Source: Oikopleura dioica | Lineage: Eukaryota > Animalia > Chordata | Length of the DNA: 64,000 nt | Direction: 5' to 3' | Assembly (NCBI GenBank): GCA_907165135.1 | Contig: OU015569.1 | Span: 7,316,001 to 7,380,000, forward strand | In this document: positions 36,265 to 49,260 of the stretch, in pieces | How positions within the stretch are numbered: position 1 is the stretch's first letter | How the letters are laid out: every line of letters starts with the position of its first letter | Notes under the pieces: generated by a model | What the model was told of the DNA's origin: nothing | The model's input: the letters and a program-made list of their open reading frames with translations, nothing else | Databases searched by the model: none | Translations under genes and position numbers: made by a program

Positions 36265-38641
36265 ATGGGAAGTAGAGATAAAAAATCCAAAGAAAAGAAA
36301 TCAAGAAGAGATCGCAGTCCTGGTTCTAGGTCCAAATCAAGGGTAAATGTCGTTTTTTTTGTTTATACGTAGCGATCGATTTTTATATATTGTTGATACG
36401 AATATTTATATTAGAGAAGAGATAAAAACGAAAAATCTCGAGAAGATCGAAGCAAAAAGAGCAGCAAGAGACATCGACGAGATAAAGAATCTCCGAGAAG
36501 GTCAAAAGAGCGCAAATCCAAGGTATTCCTCAGTCACTTTCGCCGAAGACAAGGGTTATCTAGGATAAAAAATCACGATCACAGAGCAGAGAACGACGAA
36601 AGAATGGAAAGAGCTCAAAGAAAAGCTCAAGAAGAGATAGATCAAGGTCAAGAGAAAGGCGAAAAGATCGCGGAGGAAGAGACGACCGTCGAGGAGGCGG
36701 AAGGGATGATCGTCGAGGGGGAAGAGATGCAGACAAATACTCGGGTTCTTATTCGGATGACGTTTCTCGAGATGAAAAATATGGAAAGGAGACGGATGAG
36801 TACTACGAATATGAAAACTACCCGGATAGATGGAATCAAGTTCATGCAGCACACAAGGTCTCCTACGCTCTTAGTCATGGAAACAGGACATCAGATGAGG
36901 GTGGCAACAGATGGCCTGTTACTGAACAGGTAAAATGTGTATTTTAATTGATATAGCTACTTTGCTTAGCCCCGGCGGGATGACAATCGAAAATTCAAAT
37001 TTCGAACTGTTGGAAATCTAACAAGACAAGCATCTCGACTCCATCGCGAGGCTGAAGAACGGGGCCGTTATGGCGATCATTACGATGAAGAACATGATGA
37101 TTTCGATGATGATGACGATTTTCGAGGAGGAAATACAACTTCAGGCCCAAGTTCAAGATTCCCGTCGCAGCACACTTCTAATCATACTTCGCAATATGGG
37201 AATGGTATTTTTACTTTATACTGCGTTGTGACTGGGCAATTACATTGATCTAAAAGATAGACTATGTAGTCCTTCGCTATTCGAGTCAAATGAATACCAC
37301 TGAAAAGTTCGAAAAATGGAAGCCGTGGCCCATCGCAACAAGGTCAATACTCTCTTCAAGGCGGAATGCAGCCGACCCCTAACCAGCCGCATAATCAAAT
37401 GATTGGATCAAGCAATAGAGTTTTTCCTCTTCCACAGACAGCAAATCAACAACATCAACTTTCTCCACGCCCCGTACCTCAGTCTTCCTCATTTACTTGA
37501 TATTAACTTATACTTAGGGTTTTGGTGGTCAAATTTTGAGTCCTGCTGGTGGTCGAATGCAACAATTAAATCTGGTGCAAGGGAATATGATGAACGGTCA
37601 ATTCCCAGATCCACGAATGAAACTGGGAAAATCATTCAGAAAAGTCATGTTTCTAAATAGACTTTTCTACAGGGTAATCTATTCGAAATTGCGGCACGCT
37701 TATCATTTCATTTAGACTCCAAGCGAAGATGACAAACCAGTAAAAGTTCCTTCGAAAATCCAACCAAGCTCTTTTGCGAAGAGCATCTTAAAGAAGACAA
37801 ACAGGTAAAAAAAGGTATAAAAATCATGGAAAAGCGTTTTAGTGACTTTTCAACTACTTCCGCTAAATCCAACGGTGATTCAACCAATGGAGACGACAAT
37901 ACAAGCATAAAATCGTCGTCTGGTAAAGCAAATGAAACAACAGAAAAACTGAAAGTAAGCGTTATGCTGATCACAAGGGAAACATATTTTTTCTAGGCAC
38001 CCGGTGAAATATTAAAACCTGGCTGCATCGCATTTGAGCGGAAAGTGCTAAAGTCGCTATCCGATGAATCTCAAAGGTACCTCGAAAATGAAACATCCTC
38101 CTAGATAAATTCTGAATATTTATTCCTGAAATCATTAAGCGAATCAAGAAAGGGGCGAGAATGGAAGGTAGATATCTTCGAGTGCTGTGACTACATGGAT
38201 ACTTGCCCACTTGGCATTATTCCCTGCATGCTTGGTGCAGAATTGGCCGAGGTAAATATTACATGAGATTTCTCAAAATCTTTACAATACCCCTAGAAAA
38301 TATCCGAGCCGATATCATCGTTCCTGTGCTGCGCAGGAGTTGGTTCTGTTCGCACAAAGTTTAGAACGCGACTTTCTATCGTCGGTGACGCTTGTGGAGA
38401 CTGCGCACTCAGTTTCTTTTGCTGCTGCTGTGTTTTATGCCAGCTTGCGAATGAGGTTGACAAAATTCAAAACGAAAACAACGAGGAAGAAAGTAGAGGC
38501 AGCGAAAATGTCAAAACACAGGAAGCGCCGAAGGAGAAGAAAGATTCTACCTCTGAGGACGAAGATGACGACGAGGATGAATCAGATGACGATTCAGACG
38601 ATTCCGACGATGATGACTCAGAAGAAGAATCGTCAGATTAA
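36265..38641 (+). CDS. RS/RE-rich protein with C-terminal PLAC8 (cornifelin-like) Cys-rich domain and acidic tail
   Basis: N-terminal MGSRDKKSKEKKSRRDRSPGSRSKSR... C-terminal EWKVDIFECCDYMDTCPLGIIPCMLGAELAE|KISE..CCAG..VRTKFRTRLSIVGDACGDCALSFFCCCCVLCQLANEV fits PLAC8. Continuity between the two halves is inferred. Confidence 0.7.
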
Positions 38642-40024
38642 TGGCTTGTTACTTCTATTTAATTTCGTAAGATCATCTCACTGCCAAGATAAAATACCCT
38701 TTCAAGAGTTTTCGCGTCATTATTTGTCCGCGTTGATTTGTTTCGGAAAGTTTTCAAAAGGATAAAGATGGCCAATAATTCTTAGCAGAAGGAGTCTTGT
38801 TCTTTCTTCGCAATCTTCGGCAATTTTTATTAAATACAAATATTTTCTTTGTTGGTTCTGTAGCTATATAATTTTAACTGCATAATTTGCAGTGGAAAAG
38901 ACCTTCTATATCATATACCATTTATATTATAAAAGTATATTTGAGAACCATTTCTGAGAAAGTGTTGATTAGAAATGTTGCTCTGTCCAAGAATTTCGCG
39001 AATTTTGCTCTTTATGCTAAACAAAGCATTGACACAGATCTTCTGAGCACAAGTGTCTTGATCGAGGCATTGTTTAGTCGATAACGGGCCAGATATTCCG
39101 ATTTGCGAAGTTTTAAATTTAACATCTGAAAAATAATTCACAATTTAAATTTCATTCAAACCTATCTCGTAAGAAATTTCCTCCGTAACCGCTACGCATC
39201 GTCGTTTAAGTTCATCTTCTATCGCAGCGAAGATATCTCTTGGAATGTAGAAAAACTCTTCAAGACTAGAATTATTATAATAAAGCGAGCACATGCGGCT
39301 TAATGAAAATAAACAAAGAAAACCTGATCGAAAACAAAATCATTGAGGATGCATTGTCCAATGTTTTTGGAGAAGCCAGATACTTCCAATTGCTATAAAG
39401 ATATCCAAAATATATTTTCTCATCGCTAAATTCCGGTAAATGTTTGAAAATATTCTCAGTAACTATCCAAGGCAAGCTTCTCATCTGCAAAAACATAATT
39501 TTCTTGAAATTAAAAGACTTCAAGTCGTCGAAAAAATGAAATGAATTAAGAAGAGATCGATATTTTGGCTCTCGCTCAAGTTTTTCTCCTCACTAGCCAA
39601 ACAAAGAATTTTTTTCATCGAGCATCTACTAGTAGTGATTCATTTAAATACAGCGACACTGAAACTATTTATGAAAAATGATGATATTTTAATAAACCAT
39701 ACATTTGAGGGAAAATATTTTTTAGAAAAGCTTCAATCATGTTTAGACCGAACCGAATTTTACAGTTTGAGAAAGCTGGCAAAAATCCTCTCAAGCAAAA
39801 ATCGTCTTGGAACACGATTGAAGTTCTGCTTGACCGATTGCACCGATAACAATTCCATCATTTGAAAACAAACAGGTTATCGGTTTCTGTATCTACCTAA
39901 GTTCCATCTCACCACTCAAGCGCTAAATTTTCGCGTATAAAAGTACCATCGATGATCGAAGAAGGCAGACCAGTTTTCGTTTGTAGAATAATTCTCACTC
40001 GAAAAAGGCAGAAAATCTTTAAAA

Positions 40025-41432
40025 ATGAAACTTTTTGGTAACTTTTTTAAAAAATCAAGAGAGCAATTTCTATAATCGCTATATATTGTTAATAACTATT
40101 AGTTATACTTCCTTTTTAATGTTCTCATGTATATAAATTTCCAGAGATATTCTTCGTTCTAAAGAGTAGCCTCAATTTCAGGAACATTCGTATCTGTCGT
40201 CCTCGCAGCCCCCGCGGTGTATGATTACACTGCTCAATCAACTGCTGGTTCTGTGTGGGATCAAGGCGTCTGCCAAACTGGAACCGGGCAAAGTCCGATC
40301 GATGTCGACGAAAGTAACCTCACAACAGTCACGGAGAAGTTCGACAAATTCACCTTCGTCAACTACGAAAATCCCCACAAATGGACTGTCAAAAATACTG
40401 GTCACGGAGTGAAGATCGTTCCAGACGTCGAAGAGTACTAAAACAACATAGTGCATCTCTAAACTAGATTTAAGCATGACTTTTACCGGAGGAGCATTCT
40501 CTGAGGAATACAAACTCGCGCAATTCCACTTTCATTGGGGACAGGGCGACGGGCAAGGCGGCTACACTGGTGGCTCAGAACACACTTTCAATGGAAACCA
40601 CTACTTTTCTGAAGTGCACTTTGTCCATTACAAATCTTCCCACAGCGATTTGTCCGCAGCTGTTGCCAGTGGAAATCAGGTATCCGCCGCAATGTATTTC
40701 TAGAGGCATAAATTTGTTAAGGACGACCTGGCTGTTCTCGGTTTTTGGCTTGAGATTGATGACAGCATCGATGAAGGTCCATTCGATTACCTCATCACCG
40801 ACATCGTCGATGATAAAGTCCAGGCGTACAACAATGTCACCGAAACCAATGAAGTTATCTTCTGGTCTGCAAATCATATCATCGATACCGATGACGTTGG
40901 TTCTTCTTCATTTTACAGATACGACGGTAAAAAAGACAATTTATTCAATTTTCTAATTGTTCAGGCGGTCTAACAACGCCTACCTGCAATGAGATAGTTA
41001 CCTGGACGGTTTTCAAAGATACTATCAAGATCAAAGCCGCCACAGCTGCCAAGATGACCACATTTTCTAATGATAATCAAGGAACGTTTTTAATATATTC
41101 TTTGGTCGAAATTTAAAGCAGTTTGGAAGTGGATAAATTCAAAAACGTGAAAAGGTGCTTTGGTTAACAACTTCCGGGAAACACAGGACTTGAATGGACG
41201 AGCTGTTAAATTCTACGACGGATCGCTCGCTAAGGATCCAAGCGCGCCAACATCAACACCGACAACTTCGAACAACACGGAAAAGAAGAGCAAAGTGGAC
41301 GCGAAGGTCGCTTTCGGAATGCTGCCAGTTTCGTTCGAAGACCCACTCTCTGGCGAGGTCTCCACCGTCATGAAGCCTGTCCAGAAAATTATCATGTGTT
41401 TTACCAACTCTGATCTTTGCATGTTCCAATAA
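40025..41432 (+). CDS. Secreted alpha-carbonic anhydrase
   Basis: Signal peptide MKLFG|TFVSVVLAAP; QSPIDV; NTGH; QFHFHWG..GSEHTFNG..EVHFVH (three Zn-binding His); LAVLG; GGLTTPTCNEIVTWTVF; NNFRETQDLNGR. Confidence 0.93.
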
Positions 41433-42076
41433 ACGAATAGAATCCAATTCCATGAACACAAACATTCGCAATCCGAGCAATAACTTCACGACAATTTAAT
41501 CATTGTCATATTTCTGACCGCGAGTTACACAAAGTTAGCGGCGAAACAAAATTATGATAATATCTCCACTCGAAACGTCTTTTAATAATTCGTCCTCCGA
41601 TTTTAAACTCCGGTTAAGATAATTTATCTCCAAGAGATAAGTCCGAATGGAACCTTGTCTCGATTTCGTTCTAATTTTTAATATTACGTTTGAATTTTTT
41701 TTTTCGATTTATAGGTTTCTTTTGAATAATAGCTGGATTTCGTCGTTATAAAGATAAGTTTTTAATATTCGCGTGTTTAGTGGGAGGACAATCACCTGGC
41801 TTATGAAACCGGTTATTCTAAAAAATGAGTATTATCTTCAAGAGCCCCGGGAAAACTAGTGCTTATTGTTAATGAGTTATTGAGATAAGCGACTACTAGA
41901 AGAGGCAATTAGACTAGAAGAGATACTATCGACGTTGTAGTGAGAATAACTTGGTTATTTTTGATGATAGTTTAATCTTGCTGAGTCTAAATAAAACACT
42001 CGTAAACGAATCGATTGAAATTAGCATAAAATGAAGCGACGATTTCATATTCTATAGACTATAGTCCAAAATAATT

Positions 42077-42520
42077 ATGAGTTTTCAAGATCGAGGCATA
42101 TTCTTGGACGAGAGTAGGTCTGAGTTTGTAAAGGGTTGTTATGAAGAAGTTTAGATTACTTTCACTCTGCGACGATCATTGCTTTTCTAGCATTGTCAAC
42201 CTTTCTTTCACTCGTCTGTTGGATAGCTGTCGGGGTCACTTGGGTATTAATAACTTTTTCAGAGTCTTTGTTGTTTTTTATTCAGGTATCTCTAAATGAA
42301 AACGAAAAGCTCCAAGTCATGATGACGATACAGACTGCCTTTGACCCGGATTTATTTGAGCCAACGACAAATTTCGTTGGCTCCCAGAAATCAGATGCTG
42401 CGTTTAGTGAAAATTCAGGAAAGAGTTTTGTATTTCAAAGATGGCTTTTCTTTTGCACCCAATAAAAAGGATGAATACAGCCTAATAAAACTCAGAATTA
42501 GTGACCTTGCAACAGGTAAA
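42077..42520 (+). CDS. Small single-pass membrane protein, uncharacterised (3' end uncertain)
   Basis: In-frame GT-AG joins give MSFQDRGIFLDE|NYFHSATIIAFLALSTFLSLVCWIAVGVTW|VSLNENEKLQ... Confidence 0.45.
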
Positions 42521-43997
42521 TGAAATCACCGATATGGAAAATTCATCTACCACTTGCTACAGTCTGTAAGTGTCCCTCGAGGGCATAAATATGATTGGGA
42601 TAAACCATTTAGATACCAAGACAGCATGGAAGAATTCTGCGATTACAGCGTCTGTGGAACATATGTGTAATTTTGAAACAACGTTGCGAAATAAAGAATG
42701 AATGAAAATTGTTTGAAGTTTATTGTTTCTCTTTGTTTTCTCAATACTGTGGCGAAATTGACTTTTAATCGGCGTTTGGGCGATCAAACGCTTCCATATG
42801 GTAACCCTCGATGGGATCCGAAAGGCCTCCAATATATTTTTCGTCGGCTTCTTTTCCCATGGAAGAGCTGAAGACGGGAGCGGACCCCTGCGGGTCACGG
42901 GCGGATGCGCTGAGAGTCGGTTGCTCAAAGGGACGAAATGCAAATTAGCTCAGGCGAACAGTTGATCAAAGGGCGAATTATTGGAAAACACGGCTTTGTC
43001 CGGAACCACTTAACAGAATTCGCCGACTTAGCCTGGATCCCATTATGCCGAATAATGGTGGAACGGATGGAATTAATCGAACTAGGAAATCGGTTCAACA
43101 TATTGAAATTTGCAGGCTGCGTTAAAAAGCCTTTTAGGAAAGAATTAAACTCGATGGTTTTGGGAGTTATGGGGCACGTTGGGAGCAAGGACTTTTGCCT
43201 AACTCATCCGATTACTAAAAACGATAAAAAGAGACGCGCCCTTATCGCGTGCTCACCGAAAACAGTGCTACAAGACTCCCTTCAACTGGGAAATTTTGTA
43301 ATTCTCGAACAGATAAACTACGTTTGAATGCTTTTATTGAACTGCTCATAAACGGGTTTGAAATGCCGTAGCTTTCTAAAGGAATGCATGTGAATTTAAG
43401 TGGAGTTAGTTGAACGTTTTCCCCGGGGCGCTCCTCTCCCTTTAGAAAGCATTTCTCGTGAGCGTGGCTTTACGTCAAACATAAAATAAGCGGAATTACG
43501 CGGCGCCACTTATCTCGAGTGGCAGCTCGGCCGAGGGATGTAATCAACACATTCCAGCCACATGCACCGAAGCAGTAGCACCACAGCAGCTGCCAAATTA
43601 CGCCGAAGAACTGCTTCTAACGCGTTCACTCTCATATTCAAGGTGAGATTGTCTCACCATGAATTTCGGTTTCGTAAAACCATCGCAACGTGTCTTGTCG
43701 CCATATGAAACACGGCCAAAGGAAAATATTTTGACGACAATATGGCCCCTTATTTCAAACCTGGCCTCTTTGTCGATCATAAAACAATTGGAAATTTATT
43801 TCCCACGCGTTGTCTCCCGCGAAGAAGGTGCCTGAAAATATTAAGGAGGCAATTAACATCTGTCATCGGGCTGTAAGGAGAGGCGCCACCAGAAGGCGCA
43901 AAGTGTCGACCCCCTGCTGGCATTTCTCAAATATAAACCCTTCCAAAGGGGCAACAACTCACAAAAATCATTAAGCTTCTTCAAAACACAGCGAAAA

Positions 43998-44312
43998 ATG
44001 ACTAAAAAAGCCTGCAAAGCCACTGAAAAGCCTGCAGTTCTGAGAGAGATCAATGGCAAACGTACCCTTCAGAATTCAATGAAGAAGAGCTTCGCGAAAC
44101 CGGTCATTTCTACCGCAAAAGTACTCACGATCGAAAACATGACGCAACCTAAGAAACGAGTGCCGACGCCTGCGAGCATCGATGACATTTGCACACGTGA
44201 AGTCGACAATCTTATCACTACAATCCAGTTCCTCGAAAATCTTTGCCACAAGCACGGTCTTTCAACGAAGCTAGAAGCTCTGCAGCATCAAAACTTTTTG
44301 AAGAAATTGTGA
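43998..44312 (+). CDS. Uncharacterised basic 104-aa protein
   Basis: Single ORF with an ATG start. A TATAAA-like element lies ~65 nt upstream (~43931-43936). Confidence 0.45.
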   Translation: MTKKACKATEKPAVLREINGKRTLQNSMKKSFAKPVISTAKVLTIENMTQPKKRVPTPASIDDICTREVDNLITTIQFLENLCHKHGLSTKLEALQHQNFLKKL

Positions 44313-46286
44313 AGTCCCATTTTTCAGCTTCTCTTTTCTTATATTTTCCCTGATTGTATATAACACGAAAACACATATTCAACTTACATTTTTATTTCAT
44401 TTACTTTCTGAAGACACGTTTGATCAGTCAGGAGCGACATACTTTCAATTCAATATAATTTTTGTTTGACATAAACTCGAACAGCAGATAAAAGCGCTTA
44501 TCGATGATGTCCCGAAAAAAAGGAAGCTCTGGTGGCGAGACCGCAGCTAAGGGACGTACAGGCTACCGGAGTAGAGGTACGGTGCAGTGCGGCTTCAAAC
44601 CAATGGTGCTTGATTATTGTGGTGGCGTCGCGGGCATTACGGGTGTGCACGCCGCACGCTCGCTCATTTGCTACTAGGTGTGGCATTACCGCACCCTTCA
44701 CGGAACGGAGCTGTCTTGAACACTTGTGCTTCGCGGAACTATCATAACACCCTTTCATGAAAAAAACCCGAAAACGATTCCCCTACCCTCTTGGAGCTGA
44801 CATAAAACTTTCTTTGCTTTGCCAACCTTAGAGTGGGATCTACTAGACAATTTATAACTTTTAATTCTCTTAAAATGCCGATTTTCTAGTCCGAAACGAT
44901 GAAACACTAAGTTAGCAATGGAACGCAAGTTTAATAAATAAAGGGAAATATTGCTTTTGAACGTTAGGGGTCGTCCACCTTCCGAAAACGTCAGAAAGTT
45001 TATGTGTCAATTGCCAGTGAGTATACAGAACCCGTGACCTTAGCGTTGTTTCTTTTCTATTTTCGTCAAAATACGAGTCCGTCCCGGACGGTTATAGAAT
45101 CATCTTACCCACATCAAAGATCTGATCGCTATTCCCGTTCTTGATGTCGTTTATCCACGTCAGCTTCTGGTTGAGAGCCTTTTGAAATGAAATTTCAACG
45201 CGTTTTTTTAGACCAGTGTGACAAAAAGAGAAAACTAACGAGTAAGTTTGCTTTTGCGATACTCTTGGCATCTTTCAAGAGCATGGGTACAAGCTTTGAT
45301 TGCGATGTGCCTGACTACGTACGTGTCCTTGAAATCGATTGAACGCGGACGCAGGTCAAGGCGCCGCCTGCAAATTTGGCTTAATCGGTTCTCAACGGCG
45401 TCTCTCCGCCAAATGCAACCAGTCAAATGCGCAAAAGCTAGTGTTATTAACCCGTTTATCACTTTCAATAAAGCATACTGGCATAGAAGGCTTTTATAAG
45501 AGCTAATCATTAAACAAAACAAAATCATAAGTCTTCTAAGCAAACAAAGCCGTACGTAAAATATTTTTCTGTGTTAAACCGCTTCTGGAGTATTTTGTAC
45601 TGTGAAATTACTGAGTAAAGGCTTATCCCTGAGGTTACGCAAGGGTGGTAGTTAGTTGCGATGATAACGGAGCTGTGATGGAGGTGGAGCTCAGTGGTGC
45701 CATCATCACCACCATCAATGATCCACCTAGAAAATGCCTCGCGGCATTCGCGCCATAACACTTTTAAAATAATATCTCATAACCTTCATTCAACCAATTT
45801 ACTCATCTACCATTTTTGAAAAGCGTCAATATTAAATATAGGCCGAGAGAAACTAATTTAATCCACTTCAAGAAATCGTCACCCTCCGATCGAAAGAATC
45901 AAGAGGTAAAAGTCAATCAAGCAAAAAAACCCTCAAAAACCATGCTAGATTTGTAACTCACGAGATCCGATTATATCCATCTCGTAGAATAAACGAAGAA
46001 GATTCATAATTCTAAATTGCATTCAATAAATTTCGATAAATACAGTCATTAAACAATTAACACAGTTAGTCGAGGAGGTGCGTACGTGATCCCGAAAATG
46101 ATTTTGACGATGGTCAAGGGCGCAATATGAGAAAATCTATAATTCGGAATGGTGCACTAGACGAGTATCTCCAGCATATATTTTCTCACACGCCTAAGGG
46201 CAATCCACATCTTCATATTTTTTGTTTAAGACAATTGTTAGAAACATCGAAGAGCCGTTAAACAGAGCAGCTTTTAACTTTACGCC

Positions 46287-46561
46287 ATGAGCCACCACAT
46301 CCCTCAAGACATTCTCCTCGGAATCGAGAACATTTCAAAGTCGGGCACTGGCGCAACATGGAGCTTGACAAAAACTTCGCAGGGGCTTTCATTCACAGGT
46401 AAATCTTGTCAAATACGATTTGAGTTGTCATATTCTACTTAGTCACCTATCCCGAGAACTCCGGATGCGGTGCGCAAGACGACTCCTACGATTCGGCCAG
46501 CTCCACATATTCAGACAGCGACGATACTCTCTCCTTATACTCCCTCGATAGCGGTTCATAA
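46287..46561 (+). CDS. Small two-exon Ser/Asp-rich orphan protein
   Basis: MSHHIPQDILLG..GLSFT|VTYPENSG..SLDSGS*. A canonical GT-AG phase-1 intron restores the frame. Confidence 0.55.
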
Positions 46562-47195
46562 TTTTATCATTTTGCATATTTATTTTTAATTCAGCAGCAT
46601 TAACATCTCTTCAGCAGATCAGTTAGGTAACCAATAATTTAGGAGTTTCCAGCTTGGGTTGTCCCTAGCCTTCGACTTTCATCAACGAGTTCCGGCCCTT
46701 GTTCTCTCCTGTAAATATCTTTCTCGGCGAAATAAATGTCAAAAAAAATGAATATTTCTGATCATTATGAACATTGTTTTGTTTGTTTTGTAAATGTTCC
46801 GATAATTACGAGAAGAGCTTGTTATCTAAACATCAAGTGTTTATTGTTAAAACGTGATCAGCAAAGTATCATTATGTTGAAAATCAAATGACAATCGTCG
46901 TCATGTAATTTTTATTAGAGACAAATTGGCAAAATCAAAAAAAGGATGTGAAGAGAGCGATTTTCTGTCTACAATACTGTCGATACTGGACCATTCTTAC
47001 TGGTCTAAATAAACAAAGAAAATATATTAATTCATGTTCGAATTTTATTTGCGTATTTTCACAGGGTCGATAAATATTTGCAGTTGAACATAAAGCATCG
47101 GAATCGCGGAACGCTCCGTTTTTTGAACTTTTTTATCTACCCATTTTTCGGAATAGTAAATGTAGTTGTGCTTCTTTAATTTAGTTTCGTTTCAC

Positions 47196-49260
47196 TCAAC
47201 TTCGGGTAAACACCAAGTGCTGATGCTCAATCAGAAAAGACACGAGCCGTTTCTGTGCTTGAGCCTCTTGAACGGCTTCAGAGAGTTGTGTTGCGTTCAT
47301 TTGCTGCTTCCCGCGGCATATGACTGGTCCGAAACAGACGCCGAGATTTCCGGCGGTCATTTTGTTGACGTTGCTACAGCTCTCGACTCTTAATTCGATT
47401 AGTTCCTTTCTAGTGCGGGTACCAATTACCGTGAAAGATGGCTGATGAGAAATCGGAGAGTGGACAAGTGTGCGGGATGCAATGAGTCGAATGCAGTCTT
47501 CATCATATTTACTGCGATTGCGAAATTTTCAGTTGCTAGAATTAACGAGTTAATGTCCAATTCAGTTTGACATAGACTTACATAAATCGACAGCATTGTA
47601 AAGTCGAGCGACAATCGAGTCATCAATCAGTGCTTTTGGAAGTTCGCGGAGATAGAGCTTGAGGAGCGAGGCAAGGGAGTAACTGTCAACTTGGTCAAGC
47701 TGCACTTCTGCCACACCTAAAATGCGTTTATGAAATAGCGTGCGACTGTTTAGATTATATTTGTAGTGGAACAAATGTTCATCTGTCTCTTATCGTTTTG
47801 CAATGTACTTACTGTGGTCGATCTGTGCTTTCAACTTGTCAATCACGCTGCCATCTCCGTTCTCGCGATAGAGTCCCTCCGTTCGATAAGCGCCGCGCCG
47901 TTCTAGCTCCGAAACTACGAGCCCAACAACCAACGGCCTCACAGTACCATGTAAATTGACAATGGAGACAAGATCTACGCCGAAAACCTTCTGGACTAAT
48001 TTCGGATCCGGACAGCAATCATTCGGAATGTGTCGTGAGCAATTCTAAAATCAAAATTGAAATCAAGGAAGAAAATTTCTAAAATCAAGAGGATTTCGTG
48101 CTCGCTCAGCCTTTCTCACCTTATGAGCAGTTGTGCCACAGTCTGAGCATTGGACGCCTTGGTGAACAAGACCCCACATGTAATTTCCGCAGTAGTGGCA
48201 GTATCTGTTGGTTTTGAGATTAGCAACTTTGAAATTGTGTTCTTTCTCGTAATGGGGACCTTTGAGGCAAGATCTTATTGCTGTGGCTGGTGTTGATTTT
48301 GAACGAGTGACTGGTGCGGGGCGGGACTTTTTCTTCGAAAAGTTTAAGCTTCGTCTGATTGATGAAAATACAGAGCGCTAGAATTATTAGTTTATAATCA
48401 TAATTTGAGAGAATAATGTACCTTCTTCGCAGAGGTGGGTGACTGGAGACTCTCTGATTCGGAGGAGGTAGTTGATTGCCTACCAGTAGAACCAGTGGAC
48501 ATGTTAGAAAGAGAAGACTTCTGTGTCCCAATGGTTCCGAGAGAAATTTTGCGGGAAAAGTCAGCTGAAAAATCCGAATCCGAAATAGCTTCATAAACCG
48601 GCTCGGAACAAGACTCGTCAGACTGCGAGTAGAGGCCGGATGACGAGGACTCGGAAATGTAGGAATCAACGGGCATCGCAGCGTATGGGGAACTAAATAT
48701 TCTTTTTTACGATGGCGCCATTAAATTATACCACTATTCAAAGTTTCGGAAGTCGAATCATTGGTTGAGGAATGAGAAGGTGACTCAAAAAGTTAGATTC
48801 CCCTTCCGCCAGCACAATAAAGGCAAAATCTCGTTTCAATCTTGTTTACCTTTGGACCATTCTAGCGTCAATCTCTTCTTCTGATTCGATTGCGCGTTTG
48901 ATGTCAACGTATACGGATGTCTTCTCCATGTTGTCAATGTAGCTTTTTGCGCGATTCTCGATGAAAAGATGAATAAGGCCATCGCGAACAAGGTCGATCA
49001 CATTCTCGAACGACTTTTCGCCAACAGAGTACAGATGGTCGATCTCGTCAAAGAAGAGTCTGTAGTTTTTTATTTCTCCATTGCAGCGAAGAACGAGGAT
49101 GTGCTGGGAGGCGTCAGAAGAACATTCCCGAATGAGGAATTCTCCATCAGATCTACAGAGGATTGAAGCCCGTTCTCTACTGATCTTGCCATGATATTCG
49201 AGTCCAAAATAACTCGGTCTTGAGTCGACCTAAATAAAGCTGTTATAAGTTGAGAATTTC
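47196..49260 (-). CDS. CHN: Chimaerin (SH2-C1-RhoGAP); further 5' exons likely upstream
   Basis: SH2 RPSYFGLEYHGKISRERA..FLIREC..NYRLFFD..GEKSFENVIDLVRDGLIHLFIE. C1 RYCHYCGNYMWGLVHQGVQCSDCG. GAP KVFGVDL..EGLYRE..SLLKLYLRELP..NKMTAGNLGVCFGP. Confidence 0.9.

Noticed and set aside
42780-42930. GC-rich stretch with words resembling RNase P/MRP RNA
   Set aside because: The conserved regions CR-I and CR-V are absent or in the wrong order.
43886-43899. CCACCAGAAGGCGC, close to the CTCF consensus
   Set aside because: It is a single motif with a mismatch and cannot be supported without ChIP or conservation.
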